This document shows positions 8,903-20,333 of a stretch of 57,244 nt of DNA, in pieces; position 1 is the stretch's first letter, and the number at the start of each line of letters is the position of its first letter. Position numbers and translations under genes: made by a program. The notes under the pieces were generated by a model. The model was not told the origin of the DNA, made no database searches, and saw nothing but the letters and a program-made list of their open reading frames with translations. Source of the stretch: Pseudomonas synxantha (GTDB lineage Bacteria; Actinomycetota; Actinomycetes; Actinomycetales; Microbacteriaceae); contig CALRWH020000001.1 of the NCBI GenBank assembly GCA_943371805.1, positions 1-57,244 on the forward strand. Reading direction: 5' to 3'.

Positions 8903-10644
8903 CGAGCGTCCTTCCCTTCGCCGCTGAGTTGCGCAGCCTTGCGCTCGGCGATCGTCTGGCGACGCTGCGCCTCTTTGCTACTGCTCGCGATCTTGGTGCT
9001 CGTCACACCCTCCGGCGTCCGGAACTGCGCCCGACCCCGATAGACCGCACCGAGTGCGAGCGGGTCAAGACCACTCAGCGGGTGACCGCCTCCGAAGAAT
9101 CGCGTTCGCGCGAGCAACTGCATCATCGGGTGGGTGAAGAGCGCCACAACAATGAGGTCGACAATCGTCGTGATGCCGAGAGTGAAGGCAAAGCCGCGCA
9201 CGTTTCCGACGGCGAGAACGAACAAGACCACCGCGGCAAGGAAGTTGATCACGTCGCTGATCAAAATGGTGCGCCAGGCGCGCTTCCATCCCGCCTCCAC
9301 AGCACCGTCAACACTGCGACCGTCACGCAGTTCGTCGCGAATGCGCTCGAAGTAGACGATGAACGAGTCGGCGATCACGCCAATCGAGATCACGAGTCCG
9401 GCGACACCCGCGAGCGAGAGCCGGAATCCCTGCTGGTTGGAGAGGTACGTAATGATCAGGTAGGTGATCACACCGGCAACGACGAGCGACGCCAAGACGA
9501 CGCCACCGAGGGCTCGGTACTGCAGAAAGGCGTAGAGCCCGACAAGAATCAGACCGATGATGCCGGCGATGATTCCGCTCTGCAGTTGGGAGACACCGAG
9601 AGTCGCGCTGATGTTCTCGCTCGACTGGATCTCGAAACCGATGGGCAATGCACCGAACTTCAACTGGTCAGCGAGCGTCAACGCGCTCTCTTCGGTGAAG
9701 TTGCCGCTGATCTGGGGTCGGCCATCGGTGATTGCGCTGATGGTTCGCGGCGCGCTAATCACGCTGCCGTCGAGAACGATCGCGAACTGGTTCTGGGCAC
9801 CCGTGAGGGCCACGAGACGCTCGGTCACCGTGCGGAACTGGGTCGTTCCCTCGGCGTCGAATTCCATGAAGACGCCCCACTCATTCGTGGTGACGCCCGT
9901 CTGCGAGCTGATGAGACCGGCGCGAGCATCGGCGATGCGCTCACCCGCCACCTCGACCGGCCCGAGGATGTACTTGACCGAGCCGTCTTGCTCACAGGTC
10001 ACGAGCGGCTCGTCGGTCGGCGCGACGTTGGCCCCAACCGCGTTGACAGAGGCACAGTCAAAGGTGTCGAACTGTTCTTGCAGCTCGGGAGTGATCCACG
10101 CAATGTCGCTGGCATCGGTGGGGCTTGCGCTCGGCGTCGGCTCTGCACTGGCAGACGGCGACGCGCTAGCCGACGGGTCAGCACTCGGTGATGCCGAGGG
10201 GTCAGTGCTCGGGTCGACCGCGCCTTCTTCGCCGATCGTGTCGGCTGACGGCGCACCGGCAATGAGCACCGGGCGGAACTCGAGCTTGGCTGAGCTCGAG
10301 ATGCGCTCACGCGTCGCATCGTCGGGCTCACCCGGAATCGAGACGACGATGTTCTGGTTGCCCTGGGTGTTGATTTCGGCTTCACTCACGCCACTCGCGT
10401 CGACGCGCTGGCGAATGATTGCCACCGCGCGCTCGAGCTGCTCGGGCGTCACGGTCTCGCCGCTCGCCAATTGCGGGCTCAGCGTGATCTGAGTGCCGCC
10501 CTCGAGATCGAGCGCGAGCTTCGGAGTCCATTGACCGTTGTTGAAGAGCACGCTCGCCCCATTCGCCGCAATCAGGGCGATGATGATGACGAGCAGCCAG
10601 ACGAGGGAACGAATGGCTTTGCGCTCAGTGGTGCTTCTGGCCAC
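8899..10644 (-). CDS. secD: Protein translocase subunit SecD
   Basis: LALDLEGG, FGALP, DSFIVYFERIRDE, VRGFAFTL; 4-nt overlap with secF. Confidence 0.97.
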   Translation of the reverse strand: MARSTTERKAIRSLVWLLVIIIALIAANGASVLFNNGQWTPKLALDLEGGTQITLSPQLASGETVTPEQLERAVAIIRQRVDASGVSEAEINTQGNQNIVVSIPGEPDDATRERISSSAKLEFRPVLIAGAPSADTIGEEGAVDPSTDPSASPSADPSASASPSASAEPTPSASPTDASDIAWITPELQEQFDTFDCASVNAVGANVAPTDEPLVTCEQDGSVKYILGPVEVAGERIADARAGLISSQTGVTTNEWGVFMEFDAEGTTQFRTVTERLVALTGAQNQFAIVLDGSVISAPRTISAITDGRPQISGNFTEESALTLADQLKFGALPIGFEIQSSENISATLGVSQLQSGIIAGIIGLILVGLYAFLQYRALGGVVLASLVVAGVITYLIITYLSNQQGFRLSLAGVAGLVISIGVIADSFIVYFERIRDELRDGRSVDGAVEAGWKRAWRTILISDVINFLAAVVLFVLAVGNVRGFAFTLGITTIVDLIVVALFTHPMMQLLARTRFFGGGHPLSGLDPLALGAVYRGRAQFRTPEGVTSTKIASSSKEAQRRQTIAERKAAQLSGEGKDAR

Positions 10645-10717
10645 CAGAGGTACTCATTTCTGCGAGGGGAGGCGGGCGCGCCAGAGACCGGCGCGCCCCG
10701 CGATGTGAGCGAGGGGT

Positions 10718-11080
10718 CTAGTTCTCGGTCTTCTTGGTGCGCTTGGGCTTCTCAGCCGGTACGTCGAGGCTCGATTCGTTGAGGCTCGGCTCGGCGGCTG
10801 CTTCTTCGTCGACAACGGGCTCGTCTTCGATGACGCGCGCAAGAGTCTGCCGGTGCACGCGCACGGTGCTGCCGGGGCTCGTCTCAATAACGGCCACATT
10901 CGCATCGTCATCGATGCTCACGAGCGTGCCGAACAAGCCGAAGTTCGTCATGACCTCAGCGCCGGGAACCATCTTGAGCTGAAGCGCCTCGAGGTCTTGC
11001 TTGCGCTTGCGCGAGTTGCGGAACATGAAAAAGATGAGCAGGGCGAGAACGCCCAGCATGACAATTGTCAACGGATCCAT
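10718..11080 (-). CDS. yajC: Preprotein translocase subunit YajC
   Basis: N-terminal TM helix, PGAEVMTNFGLFGT; immediately upstream of secD. Confidence 0.93.
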   Translation of the reverse strand: MDPLTIVMLGVLALLIFFMFRNSRKRKQDLEALQLKMVPGAEVMTNFGLFGTLVSIDDDANVAVIETSPGSTVRVHRQTLARVIEDEPVVDEEAAAEPSLNESSLDVPAEKPKRTKKTEN

Positions 11081-11170
11081 GAGTCGCAGTGCCTTTCAGA
11101 GACGGGAGCGGCGTGGCGCTGGCAACAGCACCGATCGGCGAGCGGATGCTCTGCCGAGGGCCAGCGATAA

Positions 11171-12187
11171 CTATAGGTCATCGACCTCGGTGGCCCGTGG
11201 CGCGTGCCCGAGGTGGGCCCACGCACGTGCCGTCGCCACACGGCCTCGCGGGGTGCGCGAGAGCAGTCCGGTGCGCACGAGAAACGGCTCAACAACCGCT
11301 TCGATGGTCTCTGCCTCTTCACCCACCGATACGGCGAGGGTCGAGAGCCCGACGGGCCCGCCGTCGAATCGTTCGACGATCGCCTGCAAGACGGCGCGGT
11401 CAAGGCGGTCGAGCCCTTGCTCGTCAACGTCATACAGTTCGAGCGCGGCGCGCACTGCCGCGCGGTCGGCGGCTCCCCCGCGCACGAGCGCGAAGTCGCG
11501 CACCCGGCGCAGCAAGCGGTTGGCGATGCGGGGCGTGCCGCGCGAGCGGCGCGCGATCTCGGCCAGAGCATCCTCGTCAATCGCCAGCGACAAGAGACGG
11601 GCCGCTCGCTCGAGCACCTGGTGAAGTTCTTCAGGCTCGTAAAACTCGAGGTGGGCGGTGAAGCCAAAGCGGTCGCGCAAAGGGTTGGGCAATAGGCCTG
11701 ATCGGGTTGTCGCCCCCACGAGCGTGAATGGTGCGAGTTCGAGCGGGATACTCGTAGCGCCGGCACCCTTGCCGACCATGATGTCGACACGAAAGTCTTC
11801 CATCGCCAGGTAGAGCATTTCTTCGGCCGAGCGAGCCATGCGGTGGATCTCGTCGATGAACAGCACTTCACCGGGAACCAACGATGACAAGACCGCCGCG
11901 AGGTCACCCGCGTGCTGAATAGCCGGGCCACTGGTCATCCGCAAAGGCCGTTGGCCTTCGTACGCGACGATCATCGCGAGCGTCGTCTTGCCGAGACCGG
12001 GAGGGCCTGCGAGCAAGATGTGGTCAGGCGTGCGGTTCTGCAGACCGGCTGCTTCGAGGAGCAACTGCAACTGCCGACGCACTTTGTGCTGGCCGACGAA
12101 TTCGTCAAGGCTCTGCGGGCGCAAGGCACCTTCAAAGGCCAGTTCGGCCGCCGATTCGGGCTCGGCGCGCAGCACGTCGTCACTCAC
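11171..12187 (-). CDS. ruvB: Holliday junction branch migration helicase RuvB
   Basis: [46 protein letters not shown]. Confidence 0.98.
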   Translation of the reverse strand: MSDDVLRAEPESAAELAFEGALRPQSLDEFVGQHKVRRQLQLLLEAAGLQNRTPDHILLAGPPGLGKTTLAMIVAYEGQRPLRMTSGPAIQHAGDLAAVLSSLVPGEVLFIDEIHRMARSAEEMLYLAMEDFRVDIMVGKGAGATSIPLELAPFTLVGATTRSGLLPNPLRDRFGFTAHLEFYEPEELHQVLERAARLLSLAIDEDALAEIARRSRGTPRIANRLLRRVRDFALVRGGAADRAAVRAALELYDVDEQGLDRLDRAVLQAIVERFDGGPVGLSTLAVSVGEEAETIEAVVEPFLVRTGLLSRTPRGRVATARAWAHLGHAPRATEVDDL

Positions 12188-12828
12188 GATCGCGACCCAT
12201 CGGCAGAGTCTGCGGCAGAACGGGCGCGCGCGGGGCCCAGTTCGGCGAGCGCACGGCGCAAGAGCACCGACAGCGCGGTTGTCGAGGCATCGGGGTCAGC
12301 ATCGACAACCTGTGCCGCAACGTCGAGGGCGGTGCGCTCAGGCCAGCCAAGACCCGTGAGGGCGGCGACGAGCGAGGTCGTGACGACGGCCGGTGCGCGT
12401 GAGGCGTCAGCCGCGGCGCTGCCCGCCGGAGCGACGAGTTTGCCGGCGAGAGTTACCACGATGAGCTTCGCAGTCTTGGGTCCGATGCCGCTCACGGCGC
12501 GAAACGGCGCGTCGTCATCGTCTGCGATCGCTCGCGCAATGGCGTCAGGGGTCATCGCGCCGAGCACGCCCAAGGCCGACTTCGGGCCGACCCCCGAGAC
12601 CGTGCGCAACAATTCGAACAGCCCGAGCTCAACCTCGTCGGCGAAGCCGAACAAGCTCATATCGTCTTCACGAACGACTAGCGCCGTGTGCACTCGAACG
12701 GTGTCTCCCGTGCGCAGGTCTCGAGCGAGACGCTCGGTAACCGCGACCGCGTAGCCAACCCCAGCGACGTCGATCACCGCGCGCGTGCCGGTGAGGGCAA
12801 CAAGGGTTCCGCGCAGGCTAGCGATCAC
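12184..12828 (-). CDS. ruvA: Holliday junction branch migration protein RuvA
   Basis: MIASLRG, VRED, two HhH motifs (VSGVGPK, VSGIGPK). Confidence 0.97.
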   Translation of the reverse strand: MIASLRGTLVALTGTRAVIDVAGVGYAVAVTERLARDLRTGDTVRVHTALVVREDDMSLFGFADEVELGLFELLRTVSGVGPKSALGVLGAMTPDAIARAIADDDDAPFRAVSGIGPKTAKLIVVTLAGKLVAPAGSAAADASRAPAVVTTSLVAALTGLGWPERTALDVAAQVVDADPDASTTALSVLLRRALAELGPARARSAADSADGSRS

Positions 12829-13415
12829 CCGTCGAGCCTACGGGCGCGCGTCGCCTTCTCCGCCGCGCGCCACGCCTGCTGCGCGGGCGTGAGGTGCGAA
12901 GAACTCGCGGCCGACTCCCCCGCGACTCGTGCGGCTGGGCTCGAGGCGCCGCGCCACCCGTGGCAGATGGCAAGAGCGAGCGCATCGGCGGCGTCGGCGG
13001 GCTTCGGCGGGGAATCCAATCGCAGGATGCGCTGCACCATCGCCGTCACTTGCTTCTTGTCGGCGGCGCCGTGCCCCGTGACCGCGGCCTTCACTTCGGT
13101 GGGCGTGTGCAACGTCACGGGCAAACCGCGCAGCGCGGCGGCGTAGAGCACCACTCCGCTGGCTTGAGCCGTGCCCATCACAGTGCGCACGTTGTGTTGA
13201 GCGAAAACGCGCTCGAGAGCGACCGCGTTGGGGCGATGCTCGTCGAGCAGAGTCGCGAGGCCATCACCAATAGCCAACAGACGTGATTCGAGAGCCTGAT
13301 CGGGCGGCGTCTGAATCACGGTGACGGCGACGAGCGTCGCACGGCGGTTCGGCTCGATGTCGACAATGCCCACTCCGCAGCGAGTGAGGCCGGGGTCGAC
13401 ACCGAGCACTCGCAC
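12825..13415 (-). CDS. ruvC: Crossover junction endodeoxyribonuclease RuvC
   Basis: [25 protein letters not shown]. Confidence 0.97.
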   Translation of the reverse strand: MRVLGVDPGLTRCGVGIVDIEPNRRATLVAVTVIQTPPDQALESRLLAIGDGLATLLDEHRPNAVALERVFAQHNVRTVMGTAQASGVVLYAAALRGLPVTLHTPTEVKAAVTGHGAADKKQVTAMVQRILRLDSPPKPADAADALALAICHGWRGASSPAARVAGESAASSSHLTPAQQAWRAAEKATRARRLDG

Positions 13416-13421
13416 GTTCGA

Positions 13422-14183
13422 CTACTCGTCGTTGTCGAGCTCGGCGCGCACCTCGGCGCTCAGCGAGACGTTCGTAAAGACGTTCTGCACGTCGTCGAGG
13501 TCGTCCATCGCGTCGACCAGCTTGAAGAGCTTGCGAGCCGTCTCCGCGTCAGCCTCGATCTGCAGGTTGGCGACGAACTCGGCCTCCGCAGCGTCGTACT
13601 CGATGCCCGCGTCGGTGAGCGCCGTGCGCGCGGCAACAAGATGTGACGGGTCGGTGATCACCTCAAAGCCACCACCCTGGTCGATGACCTCTTCAGCCCC
13701 GGCCTCGAGAACCGCCATGAGAATGTCGTCTTCGGTCACGCCGTCGGTCTTCGTGATCGAGATGACGCCCTTGCGGCTGAAGTTGTAGGCGACGCTGCCC
13801 GGGTCGGCCATTGTGCCCCCGTTGCGCGACATGGCCGTGCGCACTTCAGCGGCTGCACGGTTCTTGTTATCGGTCAAGCACTCGATGAGCAGCGCGAGCC
13901 CGCCCGGACCATAGCCCTCGTACATGATCGTCTGATAGTCGATCGACTCACCCGTGAGTCCGGCGCCGCGCTTGATGGCGCGTTCGATGTTGTCGTTCGG
14001 AACCGACGTCTTCTTGGCCTTCTGCACCGCGTCGACGAGCGTCGGGTTGCCGCTCATGTCGGCACCCCCGATCTTGGCGGCGACCTCGATGTTCTTGATG
14101 AGCTTGGCGAACGACTTGGCACGGCGACTGTCGATGATCGCCTTCTTGTGCTTCGTCGTCGCCCACTTGGAATGGCCGGACAT
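13422..14183 (-). CDS. yebC: YebC/PmpR family protein
   Basis: [14 protein letters not shown] start (corrected from the longer ORF), [14 protein letters not shown]. Confidence 0.97.
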   Translation of the reverse strand: MSGHSKWATTKHKKAIIDSRRAKSFAKLIKNIEVAAKIGGADMSGNPTLVDAVQKAKKTSVPNDNIERAIKRGAGLTGESIDYQTIMYEGYGPGGLALLIECLTDNKNRAAAEVRTAMSRNGGTMADPGSVAYNFSRKGVISITKTDGVTEDDILMAVLEAGAEEVIDQGGGFEVITDPSHLVAARTALTDAGIEYDAAEAEFVANLQIEADAETARKLFKLVDAMDDLDDVQNVFTNVSLSAEVRAELDNDE

Positions 14184-14217
14184 GGGGCTCCTTGCGAGAC
14201 AGACGGACGGTGCCAGT

Positions 14218-14829
14218 TTAGGGCAGGGCGTCGAGGCGGATTCCGGCGCGCCGCAGCTCGATGGCCGCGAGTGCCCGCAATGCCTTCGGATCGTGTGACC
14301 GCCAGGCCGCGGCCGGGTCAGGATGCACGGCCACGAGCTGCGGGAGCGGCGCACGCGCCACCGCCCGAGCGGCGAGCGTGTCGGCGGTCATGCCGCCCGC
14401 GAGCATCCGTCGAAGGGCGCTCGACCGACGCGCGAACCGCACTCGCGGCAGCACCCAGAGCAGAGTGAGCAGCAACAACGGGATGAGCGCCATCGTGAGC
14501 CCCGTGCTGACTGCCACGAACTCGACGAACTGCTGCTGCCCGCGCCCTGCCTCGGCGACCGCAGCACCCGCGCCCGCCGCCGCGTCAAACGGGCCGCGAA
14601 TCCCGTCACCAATGAGGGGTACGTCGCCCAGGGCATCGGCCGCTCCGCTCAAGCCCTCTTGAAAGTCGAGCCCCGCAGCCTCGAGGTCACGCCCGAAGCT
14701 GCCGAGAGTGCGGATCGCCGCGGTCACTGCACTCGCAATCGCAATGACGATGATGACCGCGACCACCCCCACGACGTCAGCGACGATCTGTCGCGTGCGA
14801 GCAGCCGGATAGTCGGAGTAGAGGGTCAT
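14218..14829 (-). CDS. Hypothetical membrane protein (2 TM)
   Basis: 203-aa ORF filling the gap between pdxT and yebC; GGAGG RBS; two hydrophobic helices flanking a helical segment. Confidence 0.75.
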   Translation of the reverse strand: MTLYSDYPAARTRQIVADVVGVVAVIIVIAIASAVTAAIRTLGSFGRDLEAAGLDFQEGLSGAADALGDVPLIGDGIRGPFDAAAGAGAAVAEAGRGQQQFVEFVAVSTGLTMALIPLLLLTLLWVLPRVRFARRSSALRRMLAGGMTADTLAARAVARAPLPQLVAVHPDPAAAWRSHDPKALRALAAIELRRAGIRLDALP

Positions 14830-14854
14830 GCCTCCATGCTCTCAGCAGTTGTGA

Positions 14855-15457
14855 TCAGGATGCCGCGGCGACGTGCCCGAGAAAACGCTCGTGAAAGCGG
14901 CGCTCACCCGAGACCTCGGGGTGAAACGACGTGCCCAAGAGCCGACCCTGCTCGACCGCGACGATGCGACCATCGTCAAGGCGGGCGAGAACCTCTACAT
15001 GGGGGCCAACTTCGTCAACCACGGGCGCGCGAATAAACACCGCGTGAACCGCCGGCTCGCCGAGCACAGGAACGTCGAGAGCCGTCTCGAACGAGTCGAG
15101 CTGGTTTCCGAACGCATTGCGCCGCACTGCCACATCGAGCCCGCCGAGCGTTTGCTGGCCGTCGATGCCGTCGTGCACGCGGTCCGCGAGCATGATGAGG
15201 CCCGCGCACGTGCCATACACCGGCATTCCGGCACGGATGCGAGCCCGCAGTGGCTCTTGCAGCCCAAACAAGCGGCTTAGCTTGTCCATCACGCTCGACT
15301 CGCCGCCCGGAATGACGAGCCCGGCGACCTCGTCGAGCTGGGCGGGAGTGCGCACTTCGCGCACGTCGGCACCGAGCTCTCGCAACACAGCGACGTGCTC
15401 ACGCACGTCGCCCTGCAGCGCAAAGACCCCGACCGGCGGGAGCGAACTACCAGCCAC
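14855..15457 (-). CDS. pdxT: Pyridoxal 5'-phosphate synthase glutaminase subunit
   Basis: [32 protein letters not shown]; GTG start overlaps the pdxS stop. Confidence 0.95.
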   Translation of the reverse strand: MAGSSLPPVGVFALQGDVREHVAVLRELGADVREVRTPAQLDEVAGLVIPGGESSVMDKLSRLFGLQEPLRARIRAGMPVYGTCAGLIMLADRVHDGIDGQQTLGGLDVAVRRNAFGNQLDSFETALDVPVLGEPAVHAVFIRAPVVDEVGPHVEVLARLDDGRIVAVEQGRLLGTSFHPEVSGERRFHERFLGHVAAAS

Positions 15458-16349
15458 GCTCAGCGAGACGGTGCGGGGCGGGAAGGTCGGCGACGTTGAT
15501 GCCGACCATCGCCTCGCCGAGGCCTCGCGACGCCTCGGCGACGATGGCCGGGTCGTTGTAACCCGCCGTAGCCTTGACGATCGCCGCGGCGCGCGCAACC
15601 GGGTTGCCCGACTTGAAGACACCCGAGCCGACGAACACGCCGTCAGCGCCGAGCTGCATCATGAGCGCGGCGTCGGCAGGAGTAGCCACGCCACCCGCGG
15701 TGAACAGCACCACGGGAAGCTTGCCGGTCTGCGCAACCTCGGCCACGAGCTCGTAGGGCGCCTGCAGTTCTTTCGCCGCGACGTACCACTCGTCGGGCGT
15801 CTTCGCCGAGAGAGCACGAATTTCGCCGAGGATCGTGCGGATGTGCTTGGTGGCTTCGGAAACATCGCCCGTGCCAGCCTCACCCTTCGAGCGGATCATG
15901 GCCGCGCCCTCGGTAATGCGACGCAGGGCCTCGCCGAGGTTGGTCGCGCCACACACGAACGGAACCGTGAAGGGCCACTTGTCGATGTGGTTGACGTAGT
16001 CGGCGGGGCTCAGCACTTCGCTCTCGTCGATGTAGTCGACACCGAGCGACTGGAGAACCTGCGCTTCAACGAAGTGCCCGATGCGCGCCTTCGCCATGAC
16101 GGGAATCGACACGGTAGCGATGATGTCGTCGATGAGATCAGGGTCGCTCATGCGAGCAACGCCACCTTGCGCGCGAATGTCAGCCGGAACACGCTCGAGC
16201 GCCATGACGGCGACCGCTCCCGCGTCTTCTGCGATGCGAGCCTGCTCAGCATTGATGACGTCCATGATGACGCCACCCTTGAGCATTTCGGCGAGTCCGC
16301 GCTTGACGCGGCTCGTGCCCTGCACGCTCGTCGTCGTGGTCTCGGTCAT
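15447..16349 (-). CDS. pdxS: Pyridoxal 5'-phosphate synthase lyase subunit
   Basis: [43 protein letters not shown]. Confidence 0.98.
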   Translation of the reverse strand: MTETTTTSVQGTSRVKRGLAEMLKGGVIMDVINAEQARIAEDAGAVAVMALERVPADIRAQGGVARMSDPDLIDDIIATVSIPVMAKARIGHFVEAQVLQSLGVDYIDESEVLSPADYVNHIDKWPFTVPFVCGATNLGEALRRITEGAAMIRSKGEAGTGDVSEATKHIRTILGEIRALSAKTPDEWYVAAKELQAPYELVAEVAQTGKLPVVLFTAGGVATPADAALMMQLGADGVFVGSGVFKSGNPVARAAAIVKATAGYNDPAIVAEASRGLGEAMVGINVADLPAPHRLAERGW

Positions 16350-16425
16350 GGTCTATCGGCCCTTTCTGGCACGGTGCCCGCGCGATCGCGCGAGAGATTC
16401 ATGGGGTTTGGCGGCGTGCGCCAGT

Positions 16426-17001
16426 CTACTGCGGCGAGTCTGAAGGCCAGGCGCGAGCGATCTCGTCCCGCACCTCGCCGAGCAACCGCGGCACGGCTTT
16501 CGTGCCCGCGACGATCGGAAAGAAGTTCGAGTCGAGCGCCCACCGCGGCACGATGTGCTGGTGCAAATGCGCCGCGATTCCGGCGCCGGCAATGCGGCCC
16601 TGGTTCATTCCGATGTTGAAGCCCTGGCAGCCCGAGGTGGCGGTCAGTACGCGCATCGCGGTCTGGGTGAGGGCGGCGATTTCGGCCACCTCCTCCGCTG
16701 TCGCCTCGTCATACAACGCAACATGGCGGTAGGGGCACACGAGTAAGTGCCCGCTGTTGTACGGGTAGAGGTTCAGGAGCACATAAGCATGGGTGCCGCG
16801 CGCGACGATGAGGGCTTGCTCGTCATCCAGTTCAGGCGCCCGGCAGAACGGGCACGCGTCGTCGTCGGGCTGCTGGCCGTTCTCGATGTAGACGAGACGG
16901 TGTGGGGTCCAGAGGCGTTGAAAAGCATCCGGAACCGCCGCAAAGTCAGCGCCGTTCTCGGCGGTGACGCCGTCGATTCCCGCGGCATCCGTCTCGGTCA
17001 T
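16426..17001 (-). CDS. HIT family hydrolase (Ap4A phosphorylase-like)
   Basis: RLWTPHR, CPFC, NLYPYNSGH, histidine triad HLHQH; follows thrS. Confidence 0.93.
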   Translation of the reverse strand: MTETDAAGIDGVTAENGADFAAVPDAFQRLWTPHRLVYIENGQQPDDDACPFCRAPELDDEQALIVARGTHAYVLLNLYPYNSGHLLVCPYRHVALYDEATAEEVAEIAALTQTAMRVLTATSGCQGFNIGMNQGRIAGAGIAAHLHQHIVPRWALDSNFFPIVAGTKAVPRLLGEVRDEIARAWPSDSPQ

Positions 17002-17015
17002 GAGTGGATGCCCGC

Positions 17016-19034
17016 CTACAGCTCGGCCGACCGCGTCGAGATCGCCGTGGTGATGCGCGCAACGGCATCCGCCACGGGTACCCCGTTGATCTGCGTACCA
17101 TCGCGGAACCGGAAGCTCACGGCACCATTCGCCACATCGTCGGCGCCCGCGATCAGGAGGTACGGCACCTTCTGCGTGGTGTGCGTGCGGATCTTCTTCT
17201 GCATGCGGTCATCGGAGTGGTCGACATGCGCACGAACCCCCGCGGCCCGCAACTCGCCGATGACACCCTCGAGGTACTCGGCGTAATCCTCGGCGACCGG
17301 GATGCCGACGACCTGCTCGGGCGCTAGCCAGGCCGGGAATGCACCCGCATAGTGCTCGAGCAAAATCGCAAAGAACCGCTCGATCGAGCCCAGCAGCGCG
17401 CGGTGGATCATGATCGGCTGTTGGCGCGTGCCGTCAGAGGCTGTGTATTCGAGGTTGAACCGCTCGGGCTGGTTGAAATCGAGCTGCACCGTCGAGAGCT
17501 GCCACGTGCGACCGATCGCGTCGCGCGCCTGAACAGAGATCTTCGGGCCATAGAACGCGGCTCCGCCCGGGTCGGGCACGAGCTCAAGGCCCGAGTCGAC
17601 GGCGACCTCGCGCAACGTTTCGGTGGCCTGGGTCCACAGCTCATCGCTACCGAACGACTTATCGGGGTTGCGCGTCGAGAGCTCGAGATAGAAGTCATCG
17701 AGGCCATAGCCGCGCAAGGTTTCGAGCACGAACTCGAGCTGGCTCGCCACCTCGCTCTTCACCTGGTCGGGGGTGACGTAGATGTGCGCGTCATCTTGCG
17801 TCAAGCCCCGCACGCGCGTGAGGCCCGAGAGTGTTCCGCTCTTTTCGTAGCGATACACCGTTCCGAACTCAGCGAGACGCAAGGGCAACTCGCGGTAGCT
17901 GCGTCCACGGGCCCGGAAGATCAGGTTGTGGAACGGGCAGTTCATGGGCTTTAGGTAGTAGTCCTGACCCTGTTTTGTGATGGTGCCATCGGCGTCACGC
18001 TCCTCGTCGAGGTGCATCGCCGGGAACATGCCGTCTTCATACCACTGCAAGTGGCCACTCGTCTCGAAGAGCTGACCCTTCGTGATGTGCGGCGAGTAGA
18101 CGAGCTCATAGCCGTTGGCGAGCAAACGCTCGCGCATGAAGTTTTCGATCTCGGCGCGGATGATGCCGCCCTTGGGGTGGAAGACCGCGAGGCCTGATCC
18201 GATCTCATCGGGAAAGCTGAAGAGGTCAAGTTCGACGCCGAGCTTGCGGTGGTCACGTTTGGCGGCCTCCTCGAGGCGGCCGAGGTGCTCGCGCAAGGCA
18301 TCCTTCGAGGGCCAGGCCGTGCCGTAGATGCGTTGGAGCTGCGGGTTCTTCTCGCTGCCGCGCCAGTAGGCAGCGGCGACGCGCATGAGCGACCATCCGT
18401 TGCCGATCATGCGCGTATTGGGCAGGTGAGGGCCACGGCAGAGGTCTTTCCAGTAGACCTCACCCGTCTTGCCGTCGACGTTGTCATAGATCGTCAGCTC
18501 GCCCGCACCGACCTCGACACTCTCGCCGTCCGCGCCATCGGCCGCGGCGCCCTTCAGGCCAATGAGTTCGAGCTTGAACGGCTCACCGGCCAGCTCAACG
18601 CGTGCCTCGTCTTCCGTCACGACACGGCGAACGAATCGCTGGCCCTGGCGGATGATACGGTCCATGGCCTTCGACAGTGCCGCGAAATCGTCGGTCGTGA
18701 ACGGAGTGGCAACGTCGAAGTCGTAGTAGAAGCCGTCGGTGATGGGCGGACCAATGCCGAGCTTCGCCTCGGGGTTGATCGACTGCACGGCTTGCGCGAG
18801 AACGTGGGCGGTCGAGTGCCGCAGAATCGCTAATCCATCGGGCGAATCGATCGTCACCGGTTCGGCGTGGTCTCCCGGCTGCAGTCGGAAGGCGAGGTCG
18901 CGCAATTCGCCAGCGACTCGCATCGCGACGACCGAACGGTCGCTGAAGACTCCGAAGCCGTCGGTGGCCTCCGTCACGTCGACGGCCTGCGGGGCAGTCG
19001 GGTGGGCGGGCTGGTCTGCCGCGACGTCGGACAC
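17016..19034 (-). CDS. thrS: Threonine--tRNA ligase
   Basis: [42 protein letters not shown]; AAGGAG RBS. Confidence 0.98.
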   Translation of the reverse strand: MSDVAADQPAHPTAPQAVDVTEATDGFGVFSDRSVVAMRVAGELRDLAFRLQPGDHAEPVTIDSPDGLAILRHSTAHVLAQAVQSINPEAKLGIGPPITDGFYYDFDVATPFTTDDFAALSKAMDRIIRQGQRFVRRVVTEDEARVELAGEPFKLELIGLKGAAADGADGESVEVGAGELTIYDNVDGKTGEVYWKDLCRGPHLPNTRMIGNGWSLMRVAAAYWRGSEKNPQLQRIYGTAWPSKDALREHLGRLEEAAKRDHRKLGVELDLFSFPDEIGSGLAVFHPKGGIIRAEIENFMRERLLANGYELVYSPHITKGQLFETSGHLQWYEDGMFPAMHLDEERDADGTITKQGQDYYLKPMNCPFHNLIFRARGRSYRELPLRLAEFGTVYRYEKSGTLSGLTRVRGLTQDDAHIYVTPDQVKSEVASQLEFVLETLRGYGLDDFYLELSTRNPDKSFGSDELWTQATETLREVAVDSGLELVPDPGGAAFYGPKISVQARDAIGRTWQLSTVQLDFNQPERFNLEYTASDGTRQQPIMIHRALLGSIERFFAILLEHYAGAFPAWLAPEQVVGIPVAEDYAEYLEGVIGELRAAGVRAHVDHSDDRMQKKIRTHTTQKVPYLLIAGADDVANGAVSFRFRDGTQINGVPVADAVARITTAISTRSAEL

Positions 19035-19148
19035 GCGTGCTCCTTGGGGTTTCTCGAAAACGGACGGGCGAGACGCGCCCGTGGCTCGCCCAACTCTACT
19101 GGCGGGGTCTGCATGCTCGGGCGACAGCCGGGGCCGCTGTGACCGTCG

Positions 19149-20333
19149 CTAACCGATCACGAAACCGTATGCCCCAGCGATCGACTGCATCCAGGCCAGC
19201 ACGACATCACGATCGAAGGCCGCGGCCCACGCGATCGCGATCTGCAGCACGGCGACGAGGTCAACAAGCACGTTGGTGAGGGGCGTACGCGCGGCAGGAA
19301 TGAGAGTGATTGCGAGAAGAGTCAACAGCGTGAAGGTGATTCCTGCCGCGCCCGGGTGAAACGCGCCGAGCAGAAAGGCACCGGTGAGCAGGGCAAACAC
19401 GATCGTCGACACCGGGATGGCCGCCGGTCGCCGCACGATCGCCGCGACGAGCCACGCACTCGCGACGGGCGCGACGAGCAACCAGCCCGTGGGAGTGCCG
19501 TACCCCGCCACAAGGGCACCCCAGGCGTCGGGGATGCCGCTCACGATGTTCTGCAGATCCTCCAGCGGCCAGAGCGAGCCGAAGAACAGAAGATTGAGAA
19601 ACATCATCGTCGCGAAGGCACCGAGGGTCGGGAACGCGAGGACGAGCATGTTGGCCGCGCGTAGTCCCGGCGCCGAGGCTCGACCGTGTCGAAGGAATGG
19701 TGACGCGAAGACAGCGACGAGAGCGAACATGATGCCGGCGGGGTCGCTCAGCGCCGACAGCATGATGAGAATGCCGGCCCGAAACCCTGACTCGGTGTTG
19801 CCCCAATTGACGAATCGCACGAGATCGGCCAGCGCAAGACCGAAGAACGTCATGGCCAAGAACGCCGGAAGATTCTCGAGGGCGAAGTAGACGAACAAAG
19901 GGTTCGCCGCGAGAGCGATGATCAAGATCGTTCCGGTCGACCGAGGAATCGACCGCTGCGCGATGATTTCGGCAACCTTCTGCAGCAAGAAGCCCGCGGC
20001 AATCGCACCAATGATGCTCAGCCCGAGTCGGCCAAAGGGATTACTGCCGGCAACAAAGGTCGTCACGTGCGGGTAGAGCAACGCCAACCACTCGGCATCA
20101 CCACGCGTCCAGTCGATGGCCGCCACGTCGTCCATGAGATGGGCGTTGGGCGAGTTTGTCGGGCGCGGAACACGCTCGAACAGCAGGGCGAGCAACACGA
20201 GAGGTGTCGCGAGACCCAGGCGCAGCATCCATCGCGCCACCGGGTCACGCGGAAAGGGGTCGAGTCGAGTGCGCGGCGCCGTGCGGTTGCGGCGGTCACG
20301 CCGCAACTCACGTGACTCAGTCGTGCTGGACAT
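19149..20333 (-). CDS. Polytopic membrane protein, possibly GT-C-like (PMT/ArnT-like) partner of the GT2 synthase
   Basis: About 10 hydrophobic helices in 394 aa; overlaps the GT2 gene end by 17 nt; fold assignment is an inference. Confidence 0.7.
   Translation of the reverse strand: MSSTTESRELRRDRRNRTAPRTRLDPFPRDPVARWMLRLGLATPLVLLALLFERVPRPTNSPNAHLMDDVAAIDWTRGDAEWLALLYPHVTTFVAGSNPFGRLGLSIIGAIAAGFLLQKVAEIIAQRSIPRSTGTILIIALAANPLFVYFALENLPAFLAMTFFGLALADLVRFVNWGNTESGFRAGILIMLSALSDPAGIMFALVAVFASPFLRHGRASAPGLRAANMLVLAFPTLGAFATMMFLNLLFFGSLWPLEDLQNIVSGIPDAWGALVAGYGTPTGWLLVAPVASAWLVAAIVRRPAAIPVSTIVFALLTGAFLLGAFHPGAAGITFTLLTLLAITLIPAARTPLTNVLVDLVAVLQIAIAWAAAFDRDVVLAWMQSIAGAYGFVIG

Noticed and set aside
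10110-10220. Ser/Pro/Ala low-complexity insert in SecD (and the PTPTPT linker in the cyclophilin)
   Set aside because: Ordinary flexible linkers common in actinobacterial membrane proteins
10671-10701. GC hairpin between yajC and secD
   Set aside because: No U-tract and no other copies seen; probably a simple mRNA-stabilising stem
15117-16619. 500-aa + strand ORF
   Set aside because: Antisense shadow of pdxS/pdxT; the same applies to long shadows over secD, nhaA, fadB, dxs and sigA
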